Part shown: one piece after another, positions 19,217 to 28,107 of the stretch
How the letters are laid out: every line of letters begins with the position of its first letter
How positions within the stretch are numbered: the stretch's first letter is position 1
Assembly: GCA_009992175.1 (NCBI GenBank)
Contig: JAACWA010000015.1
Coordinates: forward strand, 1 to 56,392
Direction of reading: 5' to 3'
From: an archaeon
GTDB taxonomy: Archaea; Nanobdellota; Nanobdellia; Pacearchaeales; GW2011-AR1
DNA length: 56,392 nt
Translations under genes and position numbers: made by a program
Notes under the pieces: generated by a model
Seen by the model: the letters and a program-made list of their open reading frames with translations, nothing else
Databases searched by the model: none
Told to the model about the DNA's origin: nothing

Positions 19217-21052
19217 TTAAAATCCTCCACCACCCATTCGTCCTCCCCCTTGTTGTCCTTGCTGTCCTCCAAGACTTGGTGGAAGTTGTGAAAATCCTGC
19301 TCCAAAAAGTTGATAATTTGTTGAAGGAAGCATTTGTCCATATCCCTCTAAATAACTTTGTTGGAATCCTGCTGCTTGAGACCAATAAGGTCCAGAACCT
19401 GTTGAATAGACTGGGGAACCATATGCTTCTAAAATTTGAGGAAAAGGTGAAGACTTAAAGTGTTCAAACCATCCTCCAACTTCGTTTATTTTTATTGCCT
19501 TTGCACCTTCTTCACCTAAAGCTTCTAAAAGGGCTTGAAAGGGAACGTTTCCCATTCCTGGAGGAAGGTGAGTATCATTAAACCCAAAGTTATCAGTTAA
19601 GTGAACCTTATTTACAAACTTCCCTACTTTTTCTGCTTCTTTTACTAATTCCTTATCAGTGTAACCAAATTTTTTAGACATGTTCAAATGTCCAACATCA
19701 AAAGTTACTCCAATTAATTTTGCAGCTACTCTATCTGCTTCACTTTTTGAAATTCTCTCTTTTTCAACTAATTTACTCGCAAACTTTTCCCTGGAATTAA
19801 CAACTAAATTTTTTAAGTCCTCCCCTTGAGAAAAACCCATCTCTTGATACAAATTTTCAATTGAAAGTGCTGGAGCTTTTTCTCCCTTCTTTTTATAAGC
19901 ATAATACGCAGCATTTGAAAAAGTCTCAGATGCTTTGCTTACTGAAAAATCTTCTATTGGAACAAACTGCTCTGGAGTTTTTATATCCCTTAAACTTTCA
20001 ACTAAAGCCCCTATCGCATGCGATTGAACCGAAGGAAGCATGGAAAGTTGGGAAACTTTTTTTCCTTTTTCAATTCCTAAACTATTTGAATAATTTTCTG
20101 CAATTTTTTTTAGAGCTTCAATTTGTTTTTCATCTTTTGTTTCTTCTGCAATTTTATATGCATGATTAAATTCTGCTTGAGCTTGTCTTGAAGCTTCTTG
20201 TAAGTATTCTCCAGCAAAGTACATTTTCTGCCTTGCTATTGCAACTTTTTCATCTCTAGGATTAAGTTTTTTTTCGGCAATTCCAGCTTGGACCCTTATA
20301 TCTACATCTTTTAAGATTCTTTCAGCATTTTCTCTTTGGAATTCAATTTTACTCATCGCGTCATCCCATTTTGTTAAATTATGGTTTTCTAGTTGTTTTT
20401 CGGGAGAATAATTTTTTTTAAAACTGTAATCTAAAACTTCCCCCGTCTCTTTATTTACTTTAGGTTTAGCATAAAATTTCATATCTTCTTTTATTGGAAT
20501 AATCTGTCCAGAAGTTCTGTCAACAGCAACAATCATTTCTCTAACTTTTTTTCTATCCTTTCCTTCACCATCATACCTCCAATTTGATCCGGCCGCATTT
20601 GAACCATGAATTGTGATAGGTATATTCCCTTTTTGATCTAATTCAATTGCTTTATCAATTACATCTCTTAATTGCCTTTCAACTTGAATTCTATTTGATT
20701 CTTCATAACCTTGTTGACCAATTCCTGAAGGGTCTGTTCCAACAATTGGGGCGTGAAGTGTTAATTCTGCTCCCGCAAGTTTTGCCTTTCTTCTCATTTC
20801 TGCAAAATGTTGTTTTGGAATTGTTTCGAAATGACTTGGTTGGATAGTTCCAACTTCCATGACCCTCATTCCTTGGTTTAGTGCAGTACTTAAAGATGCA
20901 ATTTGATTTGCTGTTCTTGGATCGGTTGTTAAACCCAATTGATTAGTAGGAATCATTCCTTCTTTTCCTAAAAAGGGACTGTCCCCATTAGGTTTGAAAG
21001 AAGCATACCCTGGTTCGTAAATATTTTCAATTGAATAATTAGTTTTTACCAT
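19217..21052 (-). CDS. Xylose isomerase-like / AP endonuclease 2 TIM-barrel protein with a large helical insertion
   Basis: TLHAP, IENL, TFDVGH, VHLTDN, DTHLPPG.G, INE metal-ligand motifs; G/Q/aromatic-rich C-terminal tail. Confidence 0.8.
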   Translation of the reverse strand: MVKTNYSIENIYEPGYASFKPNGDSPFLGKEGMIPTNQLGLTTDPRTANQIASLSTALNQGMRVMEVGTIQPSHFETIPKQHFAEMRRKAKLAGAELTLHAPIVGTDPSGIGQQGYEESNRIQVERQLRDVIDKAIELDQKGNIPITIHGSNAAGSNWRYDGEGKDRKKVREMIVAVDRTSGQIIPIKEDMKFYAKPKVNKETGEVLDYSFKKNYSPEKQLENHNLTKWDDAMSKIEFQRENAERILKDVDIRVQAGIAEKKLNPRDEKVAIARQKMYFAGEYLQEASRQAQAEFNHAYKIAEETKDEKQIEALKKIAENYSNSLGIEKGKKVSQLSMLPSVQSHAIGALVESLRDIKTPEQFVPIEDFSVSKASETFSNAAYYAYKKKGEKAPALSIENLYQEMGFSQGEDLKNLVVNSREKFASKLVEKERISKSEADRVAAKLIGVTFDVGHLNMSKKFGYTDKELVKEAEKVGKFVNKVHLTDNFGFNDTHLPPGMGNVPFQALLEALGEEGAKAIKINEVGGWFEHFKSSPFPQILEAYGSPVYSTGSGPYWSQAAGFQQSYLEGYGQMLPSTNYQLFGAGFSQLPPSLGGQQGQQGGGRMGGGGF

Positions 21053-21092
21053 TTTTCACCTCGTTGTTTTTAAGAAAATGATGTTTATTAAA

Positions 21093-21623
21093 TTATTGAA
21101 TTCTTCTTTTACTTAAATAATCTTTTTTCATTGTGTCTTCTGGTCTAACAAACTTTGTTTGCGACTCTTCCCCAAACTTTAGGTTATCACTAACACTTTC
21201 GATACGTTTGTAAAGGAATTTCTGTTCTTCCAAAATTCTTTGGCTCGAAGACATTTCAGGCTTAGAAAAAGGGGTGTCAGGGGAAACACTTTGATACTTC
21301 ATTTTATTTTCTTCTTCATTTCTTGTGAGGTAATCAATTTTATTTTCTTCTTCTACTTCTTCAGTTTTTCTCGTAGGGAAGTTTTCCCCTAAATCATCTG
21401 TTGGAATTTCAAGCATTCTCTCCAAAGAAACATCTTTTCTTTGATTTGCTAAAAAGTGACCAATTCTATTTTTAAAAGGGGTTTCATCTTCAAGAATTTC
21501 TTCTATTTCTTCAATATCCTCTTCTGAAGAATCTTCATCACTATAAGGTTCATGATCCTCAAACCAATCTATTGAAACTTCGTCCTTTTCTTTTTTTTTC
21601 TTATCCAGTTTTTCTTTGGACAT
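21093..21623 (-). CDS. Acidic, likely disordered hypothetical protein
   Basis: E/D-rich 176-aa ORF. Confidence 0.55.
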   Translation of the reverse strand: MSKEKLDKKKKEKDEVSIDWFEDHEPYSDEDSSEEDIEEIEEILEDETPFKNRIGHFLANQRKDVSLERMLEIPTDDLGENFPTRKTEEVEEENKIDYLTRNEEENKMKYQSVSPDTPFSKPEMSSSQRILEEQKFLYKRIESVSDNLKFGEESQTKFVRPEDTMKKDYLSKRRIQ

Positions 21624-21657
21624 CTAAAATTTAAGAAAGAGTTATATTTAATTTTAA

Positions 21658-23052
21658 CTAAGGAGCTGTAACCATTCCATGGGCTTTTTTGTAAGTTTCA
21701 AAGAGGGTTTTTGTCATTTTTGCTGCATTTTCTTCTATTGTAGGAAAAAAGTATTCCTCTTCGTACCAAGCAGAATTTCTTGAATAAACTCCTTTAATTT
21801 TTTTCTTTTTTTCAGACTTTTCCTTTTTTTCTCTAGGTTTATTATAAACTCCAAAAAGAGCAAGGAAAGGGTTTGAACCAATTTTCTTTTTTGGTTTTTC
21901 TTCTTCCTCTTTTTCTTCATCTAAAAAAGATTCAATATCTTCTTTTAAGGTTCCCAAACTTTCAGTTGTTACTCCTTCAATTAAACCTAAAGCATCATTA
22001 AGGTCAGACTTTTCTAACTCTTCGTTGATTTCTTTTATTTCTGTTTCAGTTAATGCATATCCTCTAAAAACAACTTCCGCTCTTCCTCCAACAACATATC
22101 CTTGTTGACTTCTTGAAGGAATTCCCCTAAAATTAAAATCAACTAAAACACATGCATAATATTTTTCACCAAGAGAATTTTGAAATTTATCACTTGCAAA
22201 AAATTCAGGAAAATTTCCGGATTTTGCTTCTTCTTTTATTTTTAATTCTTGTTTTCCAAAAAGAGTCAATTCTAAGAGAAGAGTGTTAAACATTTTTACT
22301 AATGCTGGATTTCTTGAATTTCCCGCCATTTCCAACTCTTGAGCAGCTTTTAAGTAAGGCTTCGCCCACCTTGAATAAATTTTAAGAGAATTTACTTGAC
22401 TTTTTAAATAAGTTTTTTCAATATCAAACCTTTTTTGTAATTCTCCTTTTGACTCCTTAACCCAAATATTAAATTCACGAATTCTTCCGGTGACAATTCT
22501 TTTAACAATTTGATTTAAATCAATTTCTTTTCCATCTGGACCTTTCAAAGATTCGTCTTCAACAACTAAAAAAGCATCAATTAAAGTATTAAATCCTCCT
22601 TGTCCAAGAGCCATTGCTTTAATTGAGGAATTTCCTTTTTGAATGTCCACCTTATCCATCCAAATTTGTTTCAAACTCAAAAGAGCTGCTGCTTTTTTTG
22701 CAGGATTTTTAAGGTCCTCATATGAACTCAAACGAATTTTAAATTCACGAAGGTCATAAATAATGTTTAAAATACTTCTTAAAACAGTATTAATATCTCC
22801 CAAAAGTTTTGTTCCTTGCTGTTGAACTATTGAAGTTCTTTGACTCATATCTCCAAAATGCTGAGAACCCGGGCTAGACATAAAGTTATCAATTAATTTT
22901 TCTGGTTTTAGTCCAACATCATTCATCAAATCTAGAATAAAAAAGTATATTGGTTCAAGAGTTTCAGTCGGTGAATCATAAACAAGTTTATGTTCTGCCT
23001 CAGGATCTTTTTCAGTTACCTCTTTAATTATCTCAACAATACTCTTCACCAT
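21658..23052 (-). CDS. Uncharacterised helical protein
   Basis: Long ORF; start reassigned to ATG 23052 based on TATA spacing. Confidence 0.7.
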   Translation of the reverse strand: MVKSIVEIIKEVTEKDPEAEHKLVYDSPTETLEPIYFFILDLMNDVGLKPEKLIDNFMSSPGSQHFGDMSQRTSIVQQQGTKLLGDINTVLRSILNIIYDLREFKIRLSSYEDLKNPAKKAAALLSLKQIWMDKVDIQKGNSSIKAMALGQGGFNTLIDAFLVVEDESLKGPDGKEIDLNQIVKRIVTGRIREFNIWVKESKGELQKRFDIEKTYLKSQVNSLKIYSRWAKPYLKAAQELEMAGNSRNPALVKMFNTLLLELTLFGKQELKIKEEAKSGNFPEFFASDKFQNSLGEKYYACVLVDFNFRGIPSRSQQGYVVGGRAEVVFRGYALTETEIKEINEELEKSDLNDALGLIEGVTTESLGTLKEDIESFLDEEKEEEEKPKKKIGSNPFLALFGVYNKPREKKEKSEKKKKIKGVYSRNSAWYEEEYFFPTIEENAAKMTKTLFETYKKAHGMVTAP

Positions 23053-23132
23053 ACAATTAGTGTGGGATTGTAGATTTAAAAAATATTCTAAATCCAAGAT
23101 AAATTTAAATAATTGAAAGGGTTAAGTTTTTT

Positions 23133-23474
23133 ATGGCAATGTGGAAAAAAAAGGAAAAATATGTTGACTTGTCTGAAAGGTTAAGAAAGCAACAAGAGAG
23201 GGTTGATGACTTCAAATCTATCCCTAATGAAGAAAATACCTCTAAACCTTCTAATCAAGAAAGTTCTGGAGGGTTTTTTAGTTTTTTTGGAGGAAGTGGG
23301 TCCCCAACTTCTGGTTCTTCTGAAAGTTCAATTGAAAGTCCAGAAGAAAGAAAAAGAAAGTTATCTAAAAAACTCTCAGACATGACTGCAAAAATGGAAG
23401 ACCTTGAAAACCAGATCTACCATTTAAAACAAAAAGTTGAAGTGTTAGAAAGAAAACAAAGAGTGGGATATTGA
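23133..23474 (+). CDS. Small coiled-coil protein with GGFFSFFGG motif
   Basis: C-terminal heptads LSDMTAKMEDLENQIYHLKQKVEVLE. Confidence 0.65.
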   Translation: MAMWKKKEKYVDLSERLRKQQERVDDFKSIPNEENTSKPSNQESSGGFFSFFGGSGSPTSGSSESSIESPEERKRKLSKKLSDMTAKMEDLENQIYHLKQKVEVLERKQRVGY

Positions 23475-23518
23475 ATATATTTAATTAAATTAATAAACTT
23501 CTTAAGTTTAAACTGATT

Positions 23519-24730
23519 ATGATAAAAGAAATTGATAAAAAAATTTATGGATATGCCTTAAAGAATGCAATTCACTACGGAGGAAAATCTAATTCTGGAG
23601 CTGTTCTCTCAGCATTATTTAATGAAGGACTTGAAAAGTCTAAAGTAAAAGAAGTCATGCCTAAAATTCAAAAAGTAATAAATGAAATTTCTAAATTAAA
23701 CTTGGATGAACAAAAAAAAGAATTTGAAAAATATTCTGAAATAATTTCTGAGCGAGAAGTGCGTGTTGGTTTACCTGAACTTCCAAATGCAGAAAAAGGA
23801 GTTATTATGAGAATTGCTCCCTCTGCTTCTGGTCCCCTTCATGTGATGCATGGAATTAACCTTTCCCTTAGTTTTGATTATGTAAAAAAATATGGTGGTA
23901 AAATGATTGTTAGAATTGAAGATACTAACCCTGAAAATATTGACAAAAATTCTTACAAATTAATTAAAGAAGATACAAATTTTTTAACAAATAATGAAGC
24001 AGAAATTTTTATCCAGTCTGACAGAATGGATTTATATTACAGCTATTCCGCTTCTTTAATTGAAAAAGGTAAAGCTTATGTTTGTACTTGCTCAGGGGAT
24101 GAATTTAGAGAATTTTCAAAAAACCAAAAAGATTGTCCTTGTAGGAAAAAAAATGTTAAAGAAAATGTACTGGATTGGGAAAAAATGTTAAATAAAAAAG
24201 GGTTTAAGGAAGGAGAAGCAGTTTTAAGGTTTAAGTCCACAATGTCACACAAAAATCCTGCAATGAGAGACTTTCCTCTTGCAAGAATAAATGAAACCCC
24301 TCACCCAAGACAAAAAAAGAAATATAAGGTTTGGCCACTAATGAACCTCAGTGTTGCAACCGATGACATGGATATGAAAATGACTCACATCATAAGGGGA
24401 AAAGACCACCGAGATAATTCAGAAAGACAAAAATTAATTTTCGAAACTTTTAAAGTAAACTTTCCCTGGACGGCTTTTTTAGGAAGAACTCACTTTAAAG
24501 AAATGGAACTTTCAACTTCTAAATTTAGAAAAGAAATTGAAGAAGGAAAATATTCTGGATGGGGTGACCCTAAACTTCCCACAATTCAATCATTAAAAAA
24601 AAGAGGTTACAAACCTCAAGCATTTTGGAAGATGGCTGAACACTTGGGACTCTCGGAAGTGGATAAAATTATTAGCTCAAAAGATTTTTTTGAAGTTTTG
24701 AATAATTTTAACAAAGAAAACAAATCTTGA
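23519..24730 (+). CDS. gltX: Glutamyl-tRNA synthetase, archaeal type, lacking the C-terminal anticodon-binding domain
   Basis: Archaeal N-terminus ALKNA..YGGK; RIAPS.SGPLH; RIEDTNP; YVCTC; THIIRGKDH; LSTS; GW.DP.LPT. Confidence 0.9.
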   Translation: MIKEIDKKIYGYALKNAIHYGGKSNSGAVLSALFNEGLEKSKVKEVMPKIQKVINEISKLNLDEQKKEFEKYSEIISEREVRVGLPELPNAEKGVIMRIAPSASGPLHVMHGINLSLSFDYVKKYGGKMIVRIEDTNPENIDKNSYKLIKEDTNFLTNNEAEIFIQSDRMDLYYSYSASLIEKGKAYVCTCSGDEFREFSKNQKDCPCRKKNVKENVLDWEKMLNKKGFKEGEAVLRFKSTMSHKNPAMRDFPLARINETPHPRQKKKYKVWPLMNLSVATDDMDMKMTHIIRGKDHRDNSERQKLIFETFKVNFPWTAFLGRTHFKEMELSTSKFRKEIEEGKYSGWGDPKLPTIQSLKKRGYKPQAFWKMAEHLGLSEVDKIISSKDFFEVLNNFNKENKS

Positions 24731-24826
24731 GAAAATCACCGAAGAATAATAACCTTTTTATACTAGTTTTTTATTATTAGTATATAGCAGTTAATGCTAA
24801 ACAAAAATAACATAAAAGGAGGTGAA

Positions 24827-25273
24827 ATGATGATAAGAAAAAAAGGATTATCTACGGTTGTTACAACTCTAATTATTGTTCTGTTAGTTCTTGCAGCTAT
24901 TGGAATAATTTGGGGACCAATTCAAAACCTATTGAAAGGTGGAGAAAATGCAGTTGATAAGACAAAATGCCTTGATGTTGATATTAGTGCAAAAAAAGTA
25001 GTAAACACTACAACTACATCTTATTCAGTTACAATGAAAAGAAGTTCTTCTGGTGAAGGAGAATTTGGTGCTAAAATAATAATCTTTGACGTAAATGAAA
25101 CTACAAATGGTTTTGTTGACTCTGGAGAATTTTTTACTCCCCTAGCATATAAAACAGTTAATGTTACAGGAGTAGCAAATGGAGTTAGATTAGAAATTAA
25201 TCCATACTACATTGACTCAAACGGAAAAGAAGCATTATGTCAAGGAACAACTAAGTTTGGATTCAAACTTTAA
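24827..25273 (+). CDS. Archaeal type IV pilin-like protein
   Basis: Class III signal RKKG|LSTVVTTLIIVLLVLAAIGIIW; strong SD GGAGGTGA at 24818-24825. Confidence 0.88.
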   Translation: MMIRKKGLSTVVTTLIIVLLVLAAIGIIWGPIQNLLKGGENAVDKTKCLDVDISAKKVVNTTTTSYSVTMKRSSSGEGEFGAKIIIFDVNETTNGFVDSGEFFTPLAYKTVNVTGVANGVRLEINPYYIDSNGKEALCQGTTKFGFKL

Positions 25274-25303
25274 ATTTATTTATTTTTTATTTTTTTATAT
25301 TTT
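25274..25303 (+). terminator. Oligo-T terminator after the pilin gene
   Basis: ATTTATTTATTTTTTATTTTTTTATATTTT. Confidence 0.5.
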
Positions 25304-25349
25304 GTAAAAATTAGGGAAGGAGGCTTGAGGAAACAATGAAAGCTAAAAA

Positions 25350-26522
25350 CTAATTAGAATTTTTTATTACATAGACTTCGTCATTTTCCCTTACTCTTGG
25401 AAGTTTTATTCCAACTTCTTCACCCTTAACTGCCTTTACTACTGATTTTTTATCTATTTCAAGTCTTTCAACTTTTACTTTTTCTATCCCCGTTGTTCTT
25501 CCAATTATATTTATTTCATCCCCTAAGTTAATCTCCCCTGTTGACAAAAGAATAGTTCCTACACCTGACTTGGGATAGAAGTGAGTTATTTTTCCAACAA
25601 ATTTCTTTTTTGTTGTTGCGGCTGAATTCTCCACTTTTGAAAAGTCATCATTTGTTGGAACCCCTAAATAAAATCCTGAAGAAAAACCCCTATTGTAAAC
25701 TTTTTCAAGTTCTTTGAGTCCCCCTTTAATTTCTCCTTTTGTTAAATTTTTGTCAAGTGCCTTTCTATAAAGTTTAACTACCGTATCCACATAACGAGCA
25801 TCTCTATTTCTTCCTTCAATTTTAAAAGAGACTATTCCTGCTTTTTTTAATTTTTCTATAAAAGGTAAAGTGCATAAATCTTTTGCAGACATAACTGTAT
25901 TTCTATCTATTTTTAATTCTCTTCCCTCTTCATCTGTTAATTTATAACTTCTTCTACAAACTTGGGTACACATTCCCCGGTTAGCACTTCTTCCGAACAG
26001 TTCTTGAGACATAAAACATCTTCCTGAAACTGCAACACACATTGCTCCATGAATAAAACACTCTACTGGAACCACTTTTGAAATTTCTTTTATTTGATTT
26101 AAATTTAATTCCCTTGCAAGAACAACCCTTTCTGCACCTAAACTTTTGTAAAATTTTGCAGCCTCAACATTCGAAACTGAAGCTTGAGTTGAAACGTGGA
26201 AAGGAATTTTATATTTTTTACATAAGTTGATTACTGACAAATCCCAACATATTATTGCATCAACTTTTCCTTTAACCTTTTTTAAAATTTCTTCAACTTT
26301 TTTTATTTCTTCATTATAAATTATAACATTAAGAGTTAGATATTTTTTCACCTTTTTTTTACATATTTTGTTTATTTGGTCCAAGTCTTCAATTGAAAAA
26401 TTTTTAGCATTGTCTCTCATTGAAAATTCTTTTAGACCAAAATATACTGCATTTGCTCCAGCTTTAACTGCTGTTGTAAGAGTTGAAAAATCTCCTGCCG
26501 GAGCTAAAAGTTCATATTTCAT
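25350..26522 (-). CDS. Peptidase U32 family protein (TrhP-like Fe-S RNA hydroxylase family)
   Basis: ELLAPAG, GANAVYFG, HVSTQAS, HGAMC..SGRC, NRGMCTQVCR, KIEGR. Confidence 0.92.
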   Translation of the reverse strand: MKYELLAPAGDFSTLTTAVKAGANAVYFGLKEFSMRDNAKNFSIEDLDQINKICKKKVKKYLTLNVIIYNEEIKKVEEILKKVKGKVDAIICWDLSVINLCKKYKIPFHVSTQASVSNVEAAKFYKSLGAERVVLARELNLNQIKEISKVVPVECFIHGAMCVAVSGRCFMSQELFGRSANRGMCTQVCRRSYKLTDEEGRELKIDRNTVMSAKDLCTLPFIEKLKKAGIVSFKIEGRNRDARYVDTVVKLYRKALDKNLTKGEIKGGLKELEKVYNRGFSSGFYLGVPTNDDFSKVENSAATTKKKFVGKITHFYPKSGVGTILLSTGEINLGDEINIIGRTTGIEKVKVERLEIDKKSVVKAVKGEEVGIKLPRVRENDEVYVIKNSN

Positions 26523-26603
26523 TAAAAAGAAAGAGAAGTTGGGTTTTTAAGATTTCTTTTTATTAAATAAATCCTTTTATATTCCATTTTAATTTAAAAA
26601 AAT

Positions 26604-27164
26604 ATGAAAAACCTTGAAAATAAGCTAAAAGGGTTAGGAATTTTAGTGGTTGATATGCAAGAAACTTTTCTTGATGAAGAAGATACCCAATTCATAAATT
26701 CCCAAATAAAACTTTTATCCTTTGCTAAAGATAAAAAGATTCCTATCTTTTTTTTAGAGTATATTGATGAAGGAGAAATAATTAAAGAATTAACTGAGAC
26801 AATTAATGGATATGAAAAATATCAAAAAATTTTGAAATATAATGATAATGAATTTATTGTAAGAAAGGATGAATTTTTAGATTTTATTTGGTGGGAAACT
26901 GAAAAGTATATTCTGGGGGGAGATTCCCATCTTGATGTTGAATTAAAACAAAATAAAATAAATAAAATAATCATATTTGGAGTAAATAAAAACGGATGCG
27001 TTAAAGAAACTTCAAAGGAAGCAATTAAGAGGGGATCTAAACTTTTTACTTCAGATGACTTAATGAATGAAAAAGAAAATAAAAAAGCAACTAACTGGTA
27101 CAACCAAAATTGTGAAAAATATTTTAAAAGTTGTAAAAGCCTGATTTCTTATTTTACTAAATAA
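26604..27164 (+). CDS. Isochorismatase-family cysteine hydrolase
   Basis: LVVDMQ..F; IIFGV...CV..T. Confidence 0.75.
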   Translation: MKNLENKLKGLGILVVDMQETFLDEEDTQFINSQIKLLSFAKDKKIPIFFLEYIDEGEIIKELTETINGYEKYQKILKYNDNEFIVRKDEFLDFIWWETEKYILGGDSHLDVELKQNKINKIIIFGVNKNGCVKETSKEAIKRGSKLFTSDDLMNEKENKKATNWYNQNCEKYFKSCKSLISYFTK

Positions 27165-27165
27165 C

Positions 27166-27465
27166 TTATTTCTTTTTCGAACTCTTTTTTTTCCACTTTT
27201 CAAAATATAACTTATTATCTTTAAAACTCAATCTCGAAAAGACAAAGATGTATAATATTGGAAGAGCCGCAAATGTTCCAAAAATTGCAAAAACTATTGA
27301 AAGGTAACCCAATAATTGAACTACAAATATTAAAATAAACCAGATAAAATGATTTTTCTTCGCTGCCTTCCACATCGCAAAAAGTTCCCAAGCTAAGCTC
27401 CACAAAAGTAAAACCCACGGAACTACTGTTTGAAACCACGAACTAGTTATTATTCCCTCTAACAT
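27166..27465 (-). CDS. Small membrane protein (DUF5652-like)
   Basis: WSLAW..AMWKAAK..H.IWF...LPILY. Confidence 0.65.
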   Translation of the reverse strand: MLEGIITSSWFQTVVPWVLLLWSLAWELFAMWKAAKKNHFIWFILIFVVQLLGYLSIVFAIFGTFAALPILYIFVFSRLSFKDNKLYFEKWKKKSSKKK

Positions 27466-27590
27466 AAAACTTTTAGTCTAAATGATTTTAAAAACATTAT
27501 GAATTACAAATCTTGAGAAAAAATTTTAAAAAAAATAAAAAAAAGAAGTTTCATTGAAAAATAGTCAATAAAGTTTAAAAAGGATTTATT

Positions 27591-27657
27591 CCAAAACATC
27601 TTGTTACATACAGATTGTAGTAATAGAGGAGATTATAAAGTACAATATATTGTACTT
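27591..27657 (+). promoter_or_regulatory. NrdR operator array downstream of the TATA box (TTTAAAAA, 27574-27581)
   Basis: Perfect palindrome AAGTACAATATATTGTACTT (27638-27657) matches the NrdR box acaCwAtATaTwGtgt; weaker copies at 27608-27623 (32 bp upstream) and 27591-27606. Confidence 0.8.
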
Positions 27658-27668
27658 AACTAAAAAAG

Positions 27669-28106
27669 ATGAACTGTCCATTTTGCCATGATACAAAATT
27701 CAAGGTCACGAACAAGAGAGAATCTTTAGAAGGTATCAGAAGAAGGCGTGAGTGCCTTAAATGTGGAAAACGCTTCACAACTTATGAAAAAATCGCTGAA
27801 ACGGAATTGTATGTAATAAAAAAAGATCACTCAAGAGAAAAGTTTGATGTTCAAAAAATAAAAAAAGGCCTAGACAAAGCTTTTGAAAAAAGACCAGTTC
27901 AAAAAAATAAAATAGATCAAATTATCCTTGAGATTGAAGAGTACTTCAGAAAAAAAGGAAAAAAAGAGATTAAAAGCCAAACAATTGGAGAAATTATGAT
28001 GAAAAAAATAAAAAAATTGGACAAAGTTGCTTACGTGAGGTTCGCCTCTGTATATCGAGACTTTAAAGATATTAAAGATTTTAAGGAGGAAATAAAAGGA
28101 TTGTAA
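27669..28106 (+). CDS. nrdR: Transcriptional repressor NrdR
   Basis: MNCPFC...IRRRREC..CGKRFTTYE, ATP cone, AYVRFASVY. Confidence 0.97.
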   Translation: MNCPFCHDTKFKVTNKRESLEGIRRRRECLKCGKRFTTYEKIAETELYVIKKDHSREKFDVQKIKKGLDKAFEKRPVQKNKIDQIILEIEEYFRKKGKKEIKSQTIGEIMMKKIKKLDKVAYVRFASVYRDFKDIKDFKEEIKGL

Positions 28107-28107
28107 A

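Noticed and set aside
25315..25353. SD-like GGAGG plus ATG after the pilin gene
   Set aside because: It encodes only MKAKN*; possibly a remnant, but unsupported
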